A model generated the notes under the pieces. It worked only from the letters and a program-made list of their open reading frames with translations, made no database searches and was not told the DNA's origin. Both the position numbers and the translations under genes were made by a program. A stretch of DNA of 64,000 nt from Eledone cirrhosa (Eukaryota), in NCBI GenBank assembly GCA_964016885.1, contig OZ024742.1, positions 352,470,001-352,534,000 of the forward strand, in the 5' to 3' direction. Position 1 is the first letter of the stretch. Each line of letters starts with the position of its first letter. Below are positions 1 through 12,705 of the stretch, one piece after another.

Positions 1-437
1 CAGTCACCCAAACACGAACACACTTCAAACACTATACACACGCGCAAACGCTTGCGCGGAGAAGAAGACAAAGATAAATAAATTAATAAATAAACGGATT
101 AAATAAAGATGGCGTAGACATACATTACAACAAGAGGAAACATAATAGCACCACTGACGATGTTGCAGATGTGCAACGAAAGAAATGTGTTAGAATATAT
201 ATATTTGTTTGCGTCTATATTATATCTGTATTTTTTACTGTTGGTCAGTCAATGGTAACATTGAGGACCGAGTAAATTAAATTAACTAAAATAAAAGATA
301 CAGAAGCGAAAACCAACCAAATAGTGAGTGTGTTCTATTATTAATTCAGGCAATATTATTACACAAAAATGACCCTCCGCAAGTATAACAATATTTGTTT
401 CGACACACGATTTCATATCAAAAACCTCCCAAAACTA

Positions 438-438
438 T

Positions 439-517
<79 letters not shown>
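438..517. repeat. (TAA)n microsatellite, unoccupied
   Basis: About 26 TAA units followed by gaagaa. Confidence 0.95.
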
Positions 518-518
<1 letters not shown>

Positions 519-1487
519 GAAGACGCACGAGGTGGCGGAAGGTCATGAAATCGCTCCCGTAAGTTTTGAATTTTTAACATATTTAAATCATTTGTGAAAT
601 AACAACTCTTTGTACAAATGCTACGTAAAGCATCCGGCTTGAGCCCCCAAACAAGTCGGACCCAAAATATATTGTTATAAGGCTCAGATATTCAAATATT
701 CAACTTTGTATTGTACATTGTATATTCAAAAAAGAAAATGACTATAAATGGAAGAATAACCCCCCCCCCTCCTCTGTCTACGCTATATAGAACAGCCAAA
801 CAAGACCAGAAATTAGATACAACACCTACCCCATCACCTCTCTATGTACACTAAACACAACAGCCAGATAACGGCAATTTCACCACCAACACTCACTACT
901 GCCATCATTACCACCACTATCCCATCACCGCCGCCACCACTCCTTCATTGCTACCACCGCTACAGCACCATCACTACAGTAATACTATCACATCACCACC
1001 ACCACTGCCTCGGTATCGACATCACCACCACACTGTCTCAGTATCGATACCGCCGCTACAGTCTCCCTCATCTCCCCGCCTCCACCACTCCTTCAATGCT
1101 ACCACCACTATTCCCCTGTTAACTTGAGAGAGAAAGGGGAAGGTGGCGGTATCACTAGACAAGGGAGAGGCTAGCAAAATATATAAATAGATTGACTTAG
1201 TGACCTGGCCAAGGCCAAACGTCAGCATCAACAACTATGGAACTGCTGGCTCACCCCTTCCTCACCAACAATATAAAAAGCGCCGGCACCACCACCGACA
1301 TAGCCAGCAACAATAACAGCCAACTACAACAAAAAGTATATTATATTATTATAATGCACTGGGTGATTGCTGGCCTTGTGCCTGGAGTGGAGACAATTAT
1401 TAATAATTTCATTCTTAAGCCACGCAATGCTCATATTAAGGAACCACTCATGATAATAACAATTTAAAAAAAACAACAAAAAGAAAA

Positions 1488-4255
1488 CCCCGTGACCAAG
1501 AAATACCGGGATGGCGGCCGGCGGGGAATAGCCGTGTCTCTAGGGGAGAACGACCCCTCTAGTCTTGGTTGACACTCGTTCTAGAAGTGGTAACACGAAA
1601 TGATTACCCCTTGGCGGATAAGGATAAAACGCGAAAAAACAAAGTAAATGTCTAATGATAAAATCTCATACCGGATCGGCCATCACCCGGGTAAAAAAGG
1701 GCCGCGTCCCTCAGAAAGGAACCACACTGGGGTCGAAAAATCAGCTAATGGTTCAAACCTTCCCATCACTTCGGAGCTGGAGACCTCCCATAACCGGAAT
1801 ACTCCTACTGTTGGCCCTCCATGCTCACCACCAAGAAATCCAAAGAAAAAGAGAAAAATGGTCAAGGGAAGATAATAAAGAAGTCCTTGAAGCTTTCTAC
1901 ACTGCCATGTACTACCCATCAAATACATCGAATACAGAACAGACATATATCAACTGGAAAAAGAAACATCCCGAAAACAGAGGCTATATTGACAGTAACA
2001 AACTAGCCAATATATGAAGAAATATTGTAAGAAAAAAGTTACTAACTGATATAGAAATTGATCAGATCAAGCTATTAGCACAAAGTCAGCGAAGGGAAAA
2101 TGAAACATGTGTCAGTGAAAACGAGGTAAACTGTAACACTTCGAAACCCAGGGTTGGGGCGGAATCACTGGCAACAGAACAAATTAAAGAAAGGATCGAA
2201 AAAGTGGAGGGAGTGCATGCTCAGGATGAAACTCCAAATGAAAATAATGAGATCGTAAATGATAAAGAAATGAATGAGAATGAACTTACCAACTTGAAGG
2301 ATGAAATTATGATCGAATGGATGAAAATGAAAGAATCTGACATGGGGCAACGAGACACCCTCCCTAAGATCCAGAACTCCAAACAGAACCAAAAGATAAT
2401 ACACAAGACTAACATAATTCTCAAAAACATTATCATCACAAACAAACTAAACATTACTGATTTAAATAATCTCTATTATGCATCGGCTAAAGTCACCACT
2501 CACTTATGTGGAGTGAAGATGAAAAAACAAAGGAATTCCCACAAGAAATCTACTTGGCAAGAGAACATCAATCGCAAAATAAACCTTCTCCGATCTGACA
2601 TAGAAATTTTAACAAACTATAAAGTAGGTGAACATGTTAAACAAACTAAACTTAGAAAATTGAAAAAAATGTACAGTATAAATTCAACATGTGACATAGA
2701 CATGCTGAGAGAAATAATCAAGCAAAAAGTGTCGGCCAAAGCTACTCGTATAAGGCGCTTTGAAAAACGATCTAGATTCTATAAGGACAATAATATGTTC
2801 AAAAACAACCAAAGAAACTTCTACAGGAAAATTGGTAAGTCAACAATAACTGCTAAATCAATACCACCCAAGGAGGAAGTGAATAAATTATGGGAAAAGA
2901 TCTGGGCCGAAGAAAAAGTTCATAACATACATGCCCCATGGATAGACAGACAAATGAAAGATACAGCTCACCTTGAGGAACAAACATGGGAAAATATAAC
3001 AGTTGAACAGTTGCGCTTGGCTCTAAGAAAAACCAGCAAATGTAAATCCCCAGGAAAAGACAAAATAAAAAACTTTTGGATAAATGCCTTCACAGAGTCT
3101 CATGAGCTGTTAGCCCAACTTTACAATGAAATAGTTGAGGAGCCAGAAAAAATACCTTCATGGCTAGTTAACGGCATTACATTCCTGCTCCCGAAGAATG
3201 ATGAGACAAACAATCCCAAAAATTACAGACCGATAACTTGCTTGACGACAATGTATAAAATTTTAACATCAGTCCTAACTGAATACACATATGACCACCT
3301 GATAACAAATGACCTATTTCCCATTGAGCAGAAAGGGTGTAAACGAGGCTCATACGGCTGTAAGGATCAGCTTCTGGTTAACAAAATGATACTGAAAGAT
3401 TGTCATAATAGACACAAAAATCTATCGATTGCTTGGATAGATTATAAAAAAGCATTCGAGAGTTTGCCACACAGTTGGATTGAAAAATGTTTAGAGATTT
3501 TCAAAATATCCCCCGTTGTCAGGAGGTTTTTGTCGTTCAGTATGAAGACATGGAAAACGACACTCCTCTTGAATAGTGAAACAAAATCACTGGAACGTGG
3601 AGAAGTTAATATTAATTGAAGTTAATATTAATTGAGCTGCACAATACATACATTGGATAATGTGTAAGCATTTTGACCTGCCCCATCAAAAGAATTGGTG
3701 GGAGCATCAACCACCTCCCATACTTTAAAAATATCACATCTCAATCTTGTGGAACTTTTGCTTCCAAACAGACCGAAAAATATATGTAAATAGACCTGAT
3801 ATAATATTGAAGGACTTTAAAAAAGAGGGTATGCCTGCTAATTGATATGTCTGTTGCAATAGACAAGAATGTATCTATAAAAACATTTGAAAAATTGAAC
3901 AAGTATAAGGACCTGGAGATAGAAATTGGAAAAATGTGGAAATTGAGAACTAAAACAATACCAGTGGTTGTAGGCGCTCTGGGAATGATACCTAAGGGGT
4001 CTAATGATTACTTATCGCAAATCCCAGGAAACCCGCGTATAGGAGAAATACAAAAGATAGTACTAATGGGAACTGCCCATATACTAAGGAAGATTCTGTC
4101 AATATAAGTACATCACAAGTCTAAACACTAAAGATGCATGTGTGAGTATGTATGTTCTTTCTTGAAGATGGCGGACCTTGTTGTCTCTTGAGGTCACTGG
4201 TTGTGACTTGGTGATAACTCGTATGAACATAAAGCAAGATAAATGCAACTGTAAT

Positions 4256-4299
<44 letters not shown>

Positions 4300-4311
4300 T
4301 AATAATAATAA
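1488..4311 (+). mobile_element. R4/Dong-clade RLE non-LTR retrotransposon, family A copy 1, internally deleted
   Basis: Structured 5' UTR; ORF 1648/1655-4107 with RT motifs (NYRPITCL, EQKGC, WIDYKKAF) and C-terminal KYKDL...IPVVVGALG; 3' UTR and (TAA)n tail 4252-4311; close match to 35376-38060. 5' boundary approximate. Confidence 0.9.
1648..4107 (+). pseudogene. Disrupted Dong-A polyprotein (N-terminal domain, partial RT, RLE end)
   Basis: In-frame TGA at 2015-2017 separates ORFs 1655 and 2204; ~1.2 kb deletion at 3634 removes the QGD/YMDD motifs and CCHC; further stop or frameshift near 3720-3840. Confidence 0.85.
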
Positions 4312-4555
4312 TGTTTTCTTTATTAACCACAAGGGTTCACATAAAGTAGACATTAAGGACAGTACAGGACAATACAGGACGGTACAAATGGGCATTTCTG
4401 CGTGTAAAAAAACAGTGGTTGAAATAAAATAACAAAGAAAAATTCCCCAATAGGGGGGAGACTTCCAAGAGACATTTGTGGAAAAAGCCCATTAAAAGAC
4501 CACAGTGGCCCTGACCAACAGGGCAAGTGCCCTCCCCCAGTTTTCCATCTTTAAT

Positions 4556-7500
4556 TTACAGACACATACTCAGAGAAGGCCCATTCATTCGGGCCATACT
4601 TGCTTCTCTCACCCATCTTTCAACAAAATGCTGGGAAGAGATCACTTCCCTCTCTACCCTGATTTTCCTTTTCAAATGAAATTTGAAAAAGTTAATCAGG
4701 GCATCACCGAAGAGGTAAGTGCTCGTCTTCAGCCCTTTCAAACGTGTCCACCATACTATCTCTTTCTCCATGGCCACCAGACAGATAAAAACTGCCTGCC
4801 CTTCCAGGCTAAAGGAAGGGGGCGGGGCAATCCTCACGATGGACTCAGCTGATAGCTGGATCCGTCCTACACGTGACAGCAGGTGTTCGACATAAACCCA
4901 CAAGTCAGCAATTCTCGGACACTGGACGAGTGCGTGCAGGACGGTTTCGTCGCCCTGCGCGCATCTCGGACATGCCCGGCTGACGGCACCTCCATGCCTG
5001 TAGAGTTTATCCCGAACTGGCAAAGCTCCTCGGTAGCACTGCCAGGCCAGGGATTTCTGGAAGTTGTCCATAGGCCCCGGCCCGAAAGTCCTTCCGAAGA
5101 GATTGGCTAGTTGATTTTCGTCGACGCCTAGAGTTTCTCCAAGTACGTCGTCGCTCTTCCCCTCCACTAATCCCCTATATAACGCCAAGGTGGAGTTTCC
5201 ACCGATGACATTGCCCGATTGGTCGAGGGCTGTGAGCGCCTGAAGACATTCCAGTCTCCAAGCGCTCGCTCTCGGTCTTCGCTTGACCCAGGACTGCAGC
5301 TCCATCAAGGAGACGAGCTGGGGAAAAACGTGTCTTGCAAACGGCGACCACACCTGATCACCGTCGAGGAAGAGGTGGAGATGTCGTAGCCTGAGCGCGT
5401 GTCTGCGCATCATCAGCCACGGCATCCCAGCCCTCCACGTAGCGGGTGTTGACAGCAGATGGACCGCCTGACCATCGGAGCGCGTCCCTTCCACAAGAGG
5501 CGAAAGAGCAAACGCTCCAGCGCAGTCAGGCGGGGCTTAGGACAAGGTACGACGGTCAGGCGGTAGTAGATGACGGATGCGATGTACGCATTTGCCACCT
5601 CCGCTCGACCTTTCAGGGATAGCTTCCTCTCGGCCCATTTCTGGGTGAGAGAAGCCACCCTGCTCGTCACCTCGTCCCAGTTTTTGTCCGTCTGGAGGTC
5701 TGGACCGAACCACACCCCTAGCAATTTAACCGGTCCGTCCGTCCAGCGTCCTACGACGCTGTTGGACGGCATGAACCTGCCTCTCCAGGTGCGGAGATGC
5801 AGCCCCACTGACTTTTCCTAGTTGATCATTGCTTCTGTCACCGCTTCGTATTCTCTTAGTGTAGTGCCGATCGCCTCGATGTGTTTAGCGTTCGACACCA
5901 CTACGGTGACAATGTCGGCATATGCTGACACGGATCTTCCGCATCCTAGTTCGCGCGGGAGCCTCCTAAACGTCTCCAGTTTGTGCAGTAATGGCTCGAG
6001 AGTCAATACGTACAATAGGGACGAGAGGGGACATCCTTGGCTGACCGAGCGCATGATGTTGAACGGTTCCGAAAGGTGACCGTTCACTCTCACTACAGAG
6101 CAGATGTCGCTGTGCATGGCAGCGATCCAGCCTCTGAAGACGGGCCCAAAGCCAGCCGCCCTCAGTACTGCCGCTAGGTAACGATGGTCGACCCTATCGA
6201 AGGCTTTCGACTGATCTAAATTGATCAAAGACCCACCCGTGCCAGGTTCCCTAGCTACCCTCTCTACGATGTATCGCATGAGGTGGAGGTTGTCGTGGAT
6301 GGATCTGTCGGGAATGGCGCATGTCTGTGCCTCTCCCACCAGACCACCAACGACAAGCGCCAACCTCTTTGCTAGCACCTTGGCCAAAATCTTGAACTCT
6401 GTGTTTAGCAGAGTTATGGGCCTAAAATTATCTATGTTATCCCCCTTGTTCGGATACTTTCTCAGCAGCGCCACCGCTCCTCGGCTCACAGAGCTGGGAA
6501 TTCTCCCGTTCTGTTGCCATTTGCATTAGCCGTCCGCCAAGAGGCCTCCGAACAAGTCTGGCATTTGTACGTAAAATTCATAGGGCAGACCATCTAAACC
6601 AGGAGATTTACCCCTTGTGCAGCCAGTCATTGCCTCCCGTACTTCAGCGGTTGTTATCGGCTTTTCGCAACACACCGCCTCAGTTGCCGAAAGCCGCAGC
6701 AGTCCGTCGAGGTAGACACAAAAGACCATCCCTCGATCCGGCCCGCCACTGCCCCCGAACATTTGAGCGAAGTGTCGCTGAAAAGCTTCACACATTTGCC
6801 CGGGATCGAGTAGCATGCGCCCGTCGTGGTCCACCAAAGACCGGATCGTGGCTTTATTGCCACGACGCGCCTCCGCCACTAGGGCCATTTGAACGGCTTT
6901 CGTCCCCTCGTGTCTGAGAGCACGCACCCTAGCTCTGACAACGCAGCCTTCGTGCTTTGCATTGAAGAATTGGTCAAGGGCCAATTTCCCCGCAAGTACG
7001 TCGGTCGCGATGCCTTGCTAAGCGCCTCGTCTAATTTTCTAACTAATTCTCCCTCTGCTCTATTTTTCTCTATTGCTAAAGCCTTACTAAACCTAATGGA
7101 CTCTATTCTAATTGCTCTTTTCAGAGCAAACCACCACTTGTTGTTGACGATGGCCCCCGTCAACGCCCGCTTAACTAGTTCGCTAATCCGGTCTCTGTAG
7201 GCCTTACGCGCTGGTAAGGACGCGTTTAGCTTCCAGTAGCCCGGTCCTCGTCTATGAAGTCTATCTAAGTCAAGCACACAGATCACAAATGTGTGGTCTG
7301 TATAGCTGACTATCTTGAATTGTGGACAGCCTATGCTAGACCTATCTATTTCCCTACAAAATACTCTCTCTAGATATGATCTGGATGACCCTATGCGATT
7401 TGTCCAAGTCCACATTGGTACATTCGGGAAATCCATTCGGTACCTGTCAGACAGTTCAAAACGCCTGAGCAGGTTGGTGAGACTCTTGCACCCTCCTTCC

Positions 7501-7975
7501 CTATCCACTAATCCCACACAATCCCAGCGTGCATCTAAGATCCCGTTCCAGTCGCCCACTAACACTAAAGAGCGGGACGTTCCAAGAAAGGTCTCCAGAC
7601 GCCGGAAGAAATCAGGCCGCCCTGCTCCTGTCGGGGCATAGATGGCCACTCACCTGAAAGCTTGCCCTTATCCGCTAGTCACGTGCATCACCACCAACTT
7701 ACCTTCTGGGTCCAGGAAGATGGCCCGTATGGCAAGATCCAAACCTCTCCGAAAAAGCAGAGCAACTCTCCCCCCCCCGATCCCGGACGGCTGGGAGATG
7801 CGTACATATCGTAGCCGCCGAAGATCGGTGCGAAGGCCCGTGCTTCGGAGATTCTGGTCTCGCTGATGGCCACTACATCTATGTTTAGTTACCTGAGGTC
7901 GTTGTGCAGGTGGCCCTGCTTCCATGACGACCCCAAGCCTCGCGCATTTATGCTGCCTATTCTGAGTGAGGTCAT
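4556..7975 (-). pseudogene. Tx1-like ORF2 (APE endonuclease, RT, C-terminal Cys/His domain), frameshifted
   Basis: Start MTSLRIGSINARGL; IYAP, GDWN, YTDH, GYWKLN, KSPGLDG, NFRPITLLN, DQSKAFDRV, QGCPLS, YADI (YADD mutated), CPRC...HALVQC spread over several frames. Confidence 0.9.
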
Positions 7976-8009
7976 GTTGAAATGGAGAGGAAAAGATGGG
8001 AAATACCAC

Positions 8010-9650
8010 TTACCTTACTTCTCGTAGAGGAAGGACGGTTTCTCCATCCTTTTCACTGCTTGTGGCCACCTCAGGAAGGATGTCCTTATAAATCCTCCTG
8101 GAGAGTGCTTGTCGGATATCTCCGATGTCTTTGGGGAATTTTTGTTTTAGTGTCATGTACCTCTTCTGTGTGATGCGAGTGATTTGTATGTGTGGAGGTG
8201 GTGTGAATTTTGGGGTTGTTGTGTAGTCTTTTTCTGTGATGCTGGTGTTGTGTTGGATGTAGTGTAATAATTGCTTGTTGTTCAAATTTAATGCTGTAGA
8301 GTGTATATCGTTTTGGTTGTTTTGTTTTGTTTGCGTTTGTTGTGGGTTTGTTTCTGTTTCGCATTTTTGGTGACTTTTGTGGTGTAGGTGATGGTGGTGT
8401 TGGGGTGATGGGGTTGGTGATGCTGGTGGCATATCTGTTCTAACTTTTTTGTTTGTTAATTTATTTGTTTCCCTCTGTATTTTGTTTTTGGATGGGGAAG
8501 GAAGAGAATGTTTTCTTTTTTGGTGTCTTTTTTTTTCTGATACCGTTTCCCACTCCTCTTCGTCACAATCTGTCTCCAGTTGTGATAGGCCGGGGAGTGG
8601 AAAATCCTCCACAGGTGTTAGTTTTGGTTGTGGTGTGGTGGATGGTGTAGGCGCTGGTGCTAGTTCTGAAGTGTTGGTGGTGGTGGTCTTGGTTTTGCTG
8701 GTGGTGGTGGTGTTGGTTTTGCTACTGTTGCTGGGGATGTTGCTGTTATAGTTGCTTCTGTTGTTGCTGCTACAGTTGTTGCTGCCATCTCTGCTACTGG
8801 TGTTGTTGTTGGTTGTGTCACTGGGGTGTTTAGGAGAGGTGGCCTCAACCTTTTAGCCTGAGGGCAGAAAGCACTTAGGTGGGTTCCTTCACCACAAACG
8901 ACACACCTAGGTCTTCTGCCCTCGACAATTACGGTGAGGTTGCTGCCGTCAGTGAGGTCTATTACCTCTGGGATCTCCTCAATGCTTTTTTGGTCCGCTT
9001 GGATCAAGAGCTCCATCCCAGATCCGGACCAGTTCTCCTACTTTTCTTTTGCTATTGCTATTATCTTTGTGTTGGCTTCGATGCCGGCGAGGACGGCCGC
9101 TATTAGCCAGGGAATTTCGATGGCCGGTGGAACGTGGGTCACCCTGATCTTTACGAGTCTCTGGCCACAATAGCTTGGGACGAGTGTGAAGTCGTCACTT
9201 CTTAATGGGGCCATGGAGTGTTCTCTAGCCACCTTTGGTGTTTCAAAGAACACGTCCACGGTTCCATACTTTTGCCCACGTCTGATGTTTGTTTTTCTTG
9301 CCCACACATGTCCCAAAGCTTTTTGGATTTGGGACTCGGATGCCCGTTCCACTCGGCGCGTTTTACATTTATTGTTCGATACGACATGGTGCATAGGCGC
9401 CGATGCTCCATTTTATTAGGTGGGGGTGAGGCTGACCCTGTACCCATCTTTCTTTACCATTTGTTTGGCATTTTCTAAATCCTCGTGCGTTACCGTAAAT
9501 GCTTCGAACTATTTTGCTACTCTGGCAAAACTCAGGGTGTTTTTTTATGTCATTGTTGTTGTTGTTGCTATCGTTATTTTTGTTATTATTAATTTTAGTT
9601 TCAGTTGTGGTGGTGGTGACGTCAGTGAAAGTCGGTTTGGGAGAGTCCAT
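8010..9650 (-). pseudogene. Tx1-like ORF1 (gag-like), frameshifted
   Basis: Overlapping ORFs 9369-9650, 9038-9394, 8660-9016 (CX2CX4HX4C) and 8010-8612; start uncertain. Confidence 0.7.
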
Positions 9651-10174
9651 TTTGGTTGAAAATATTTCGACATCACGAGTTGATTTATGTTTTCCTTTTG
9701 TTTCTGTTGTCGCGGGGGTGGTGGGGGTGGGGTTGTCGCGGTGGTGGTGGTGGTGGCGGCTTTAAGACCTGCAGTCATTGGTAATTGCGGGAAATATATG
9801 TCTGCCTGAGACAAATAAAAATTATTGCTAGTGCTTAAATTGTGTTTGTTGGCAGACGTAGTATCATTTACAATGGTGGTGTCGGTGTGAGGTGTTAATT
9901 TTTTAGAAAGGCTTTCAGCTGGTTGGTGCAGTGTTGAATTAGCCATTTTTCTTTCAAAGAAATTTTATGATAATCATAAAAGTTTAAATTTTGTTCACAA
10001 GACCCCAATCTTTTTGGGTGTCCTTTTCGGAAAACAATGTATGTGCGCTTATATATAGTTAACAATAAAGATTTTCCATAAATGGCAATTCTTAACAAAC
10101 GGAAATAACAAACCTTTGCGGAGCTCACGATGATACGATTTACTACGTAGGTCGCCAATAATAATAATAATAAT

Positions 10175-10213
<39 letters not shown>

Positions 10214-10217
<4 letters not shown>

Positions 10218-12437
10218 GTGTGCAGGGGTATTGGATTAAACATTTAACATCCCTCCACCCGAAGCTGACGGCCATGTTGAATGACTGCTTGGTGTCGGGT
10301 GAGGTGCCAGAGTGGTTGACAAAAGGTACCACAGTTCTGATAATGAAAGACCGAATCAAGGGTAATGATGTTACCAAATATAGACCTATCACATGTCTGT
10401 CCGTAATGTGGAAACTGTTGACGAGCATTTTGTCTGAGGAAATCTACCATCACCTCCACACAAACAACTTGTTACCGGACGAACAGAAAGGATGCCGAAA
10501 GAAGTCACGTGGTACAAAGGACCAGTTACTTATTGATAAGATGGTAATGGGGAATTGCAGGAGGAGACACACTGATCTTGCCATGGGATGGATAGACTAC
10601 AGAAAGGCATTTGACATGGTGCCTCATTCCTGGATCACCAAAAGCCTGGAGATCTTCAGGGTGGCAGATAACATCAGACAGTTGCTAGGCAGGAGTATGG
10701 GGTCCTGGGAGACAGAGTTGACATCAACTGGAGTATCCTTGGGAAGCGTGAAGATCAAGAGAGGTATCTTCCAGGGAGATAGCCTGTCCCCTCTGTTGTT
10801 TGTCCTTGCCCTGATGCCCTTGACCATTATGCTGCGAAAAGTGAGAGCAGGATACAAGTTGGGAAGGGGAGAGCTTACCATCAATCACCTCCTCTTCATG
10901 GACGATCTTAAGCTCTTCGGGAAAAGTGAGAAGGAGTTGGATGTGCTTGTTGACACTGTCCGTATTTTCAGCAGTGATATATGTATGCAGTTTGGTATTG
11001 GTAAATGTGGAGTCATTGTGATGAAGAGGGGTAGGTTGAGCAGAAGTAGCGGGATCCAGATACCAACAGGTGAGATGATAAAGGAAATTGACTCTGAGGA
11101 AGGATACAAGTATTTGGGCGTTCTGGAGGCTGATGGCATAAAGAACAAAAAAATGAAGGAATTGTTAAGAACTGAATACATTCGGAGAGTAAGGAGCGTA
11201 TTGAAGTCACATCTGAACAGCAGAAATGCTATAAGCGCAGTAAATTCCCGAGCTGTGTCTATTATTAGGTACAGTGCGGGAATTCTGAGATGGAATGTTG
11301 CTGAACAAAAAGAAATGGATAGGAAGACTAGGAAGCTATTGACTATCTACAACATGTTCCACAAGAGGAGTGATGTCGATAGACTCTACCTAAGGAGATC
11401 TGAGGGTGGAAGAGGCCTTATCAGCATAGAGGACTGTGTTCAGATGGAGAAAAACAACCTATACGTGACCTATAGTAAGGAGCCAATGCTCAGAACTGTA
11501 CTGAAGGAGGGGACAGTAGGCCAGGGGATGTCCAAGGAGGAAATAACATCAAGGAGGAAGAGCAGCCTTAAGGGAAAATCCCTTCATAGTACCTTCTTTG
11601 AGAAAACTGAATTTAGAGATCCACAGACATGGAACTGGTTGAGAAGAGGAGACCTCAAAAAGGCTACAGAAGGAATGCTAATGGCTGCGCAGGAGCAGGC
11701 CCTCAAAACGAAGTGGTTGAAGCACCATGTCTACAAGGAGGAGGCTAGCCCACTGTGCAGGATCTGTGGAGAGAGAGAGGAGACTGTGGCTCACATTGTG
11801 TCCGAGTGTAAACACCTAGCCCAGACCCACTATAAGGGCTGGAGACACGATGTGATGGGCAGGGTGATCCACTGGCACCTGTGCAAAGTAAACAATTTAC
11901 CACATTCTGAGAAATGGTATGAGCATAGGCCAGAGGTGGTGATGGAGAACAATCAGGTGAAGGTGCTGTGGGATTTTAGGATACAGACGGACAAAAAACT
12001 GGAACACAATAGACCTGACCTGGTGGTTGTGGACAAAGAAAAAAGATCGTGTCTGATTGTGGATGTGGCCTGCCCGTTCGACACGAGAGTGCAAGAGAAG
12101 GAGAGGGAGAAAATTAACCGATACCAGGACCTAAAGTGGGAGGTAAAAAGGATTTGGAACTGCCATGAAGTCAAAGTGATCCCGATTGTCATAGGCGCAC
12201 TGGGGACTATCTCCAAAAGTTTCCAGTGATGGTTAAAGAAAATCGGCCCCTTCACGCTTTTTGGAACGCTTCAAAAGGCATGCTTGCTTGGAACAGCAAG
12301 AACCCTCCGATACGTCCTGAATATCTGAGGCTGCAGGTAGTGGCTTGATATTCAATCCAACGGACTTTCCAGTTAACCAACATCAATGACTGAGATTCAA
12401 GGAATAACAACAATAATAATAATAATAATAATAATAA
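10214..12437 (+). mobile_element. R4/Dong family B copy 1, 5'-truncated
   Basis: ORF 10220-12229: RT (GIFQGDSLSPLLF, FMDD), CRIC...H...C knuckle, RPD...D...K RLE; premature TGA at 12227; (TAA)n on both sides. Confidence 0.95.
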
Positions 12438-12495
12438 TACACTTTCCAGTTAAAGAAGTTCAATGATTGAGACTCAATAAATAATAATAATAGTA

Positions 12496-12705
12496 ATAAT
12501 AATAAATGTGAAGACTAAAATCCCAAAAAGGGCTCGATAAGGATAAATATATATCAAATATATAAGAACCCTAGAGTAAATATGTATTATAATAACAGAT
12601 TAAAGTTTATGCAAAGAATCGATGCTTTCACCCATAACAGGATCTTCTGTAACCGGTGAAAGCAGCGATTCTTTGCTTAAACTTTCACCTGTTATTCTAA
12701 TATAT
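12496..12705. mobile_element. Fold-back fragment of a Penelope-like 3' end (same family as 45508, 48389 and 52478)
   Basis: Inverted arms sharing ggtgaaagca-cgattctttgc-taaacttt; partial hammerhead. Confidence 0.75.

Larger units (their letters stand above)
4312..10156 (-). mobile_element. L1/Tx1-clade LINE, apparently full length, degenerate
   Basis: ORF1 with gag knuckle CVVCGEGTHLSAFC; ORF2 APE-RT-zinc finger; AATAAA near the 3' end followed by (ATT)n; (TAA)n on both flanks. Confidence 0.9.

Noticed and set aside
110-785. Possible MITE TIRs tggcgtagaca / tgtctacgcta
   Set aside because: Only 11 nt with one mismatch, no clear TSD and no second copy
844-1122. Thr/Pro/His-rich ORF
   Set aside because: Degenerate (CAC)n low-complexity sequence
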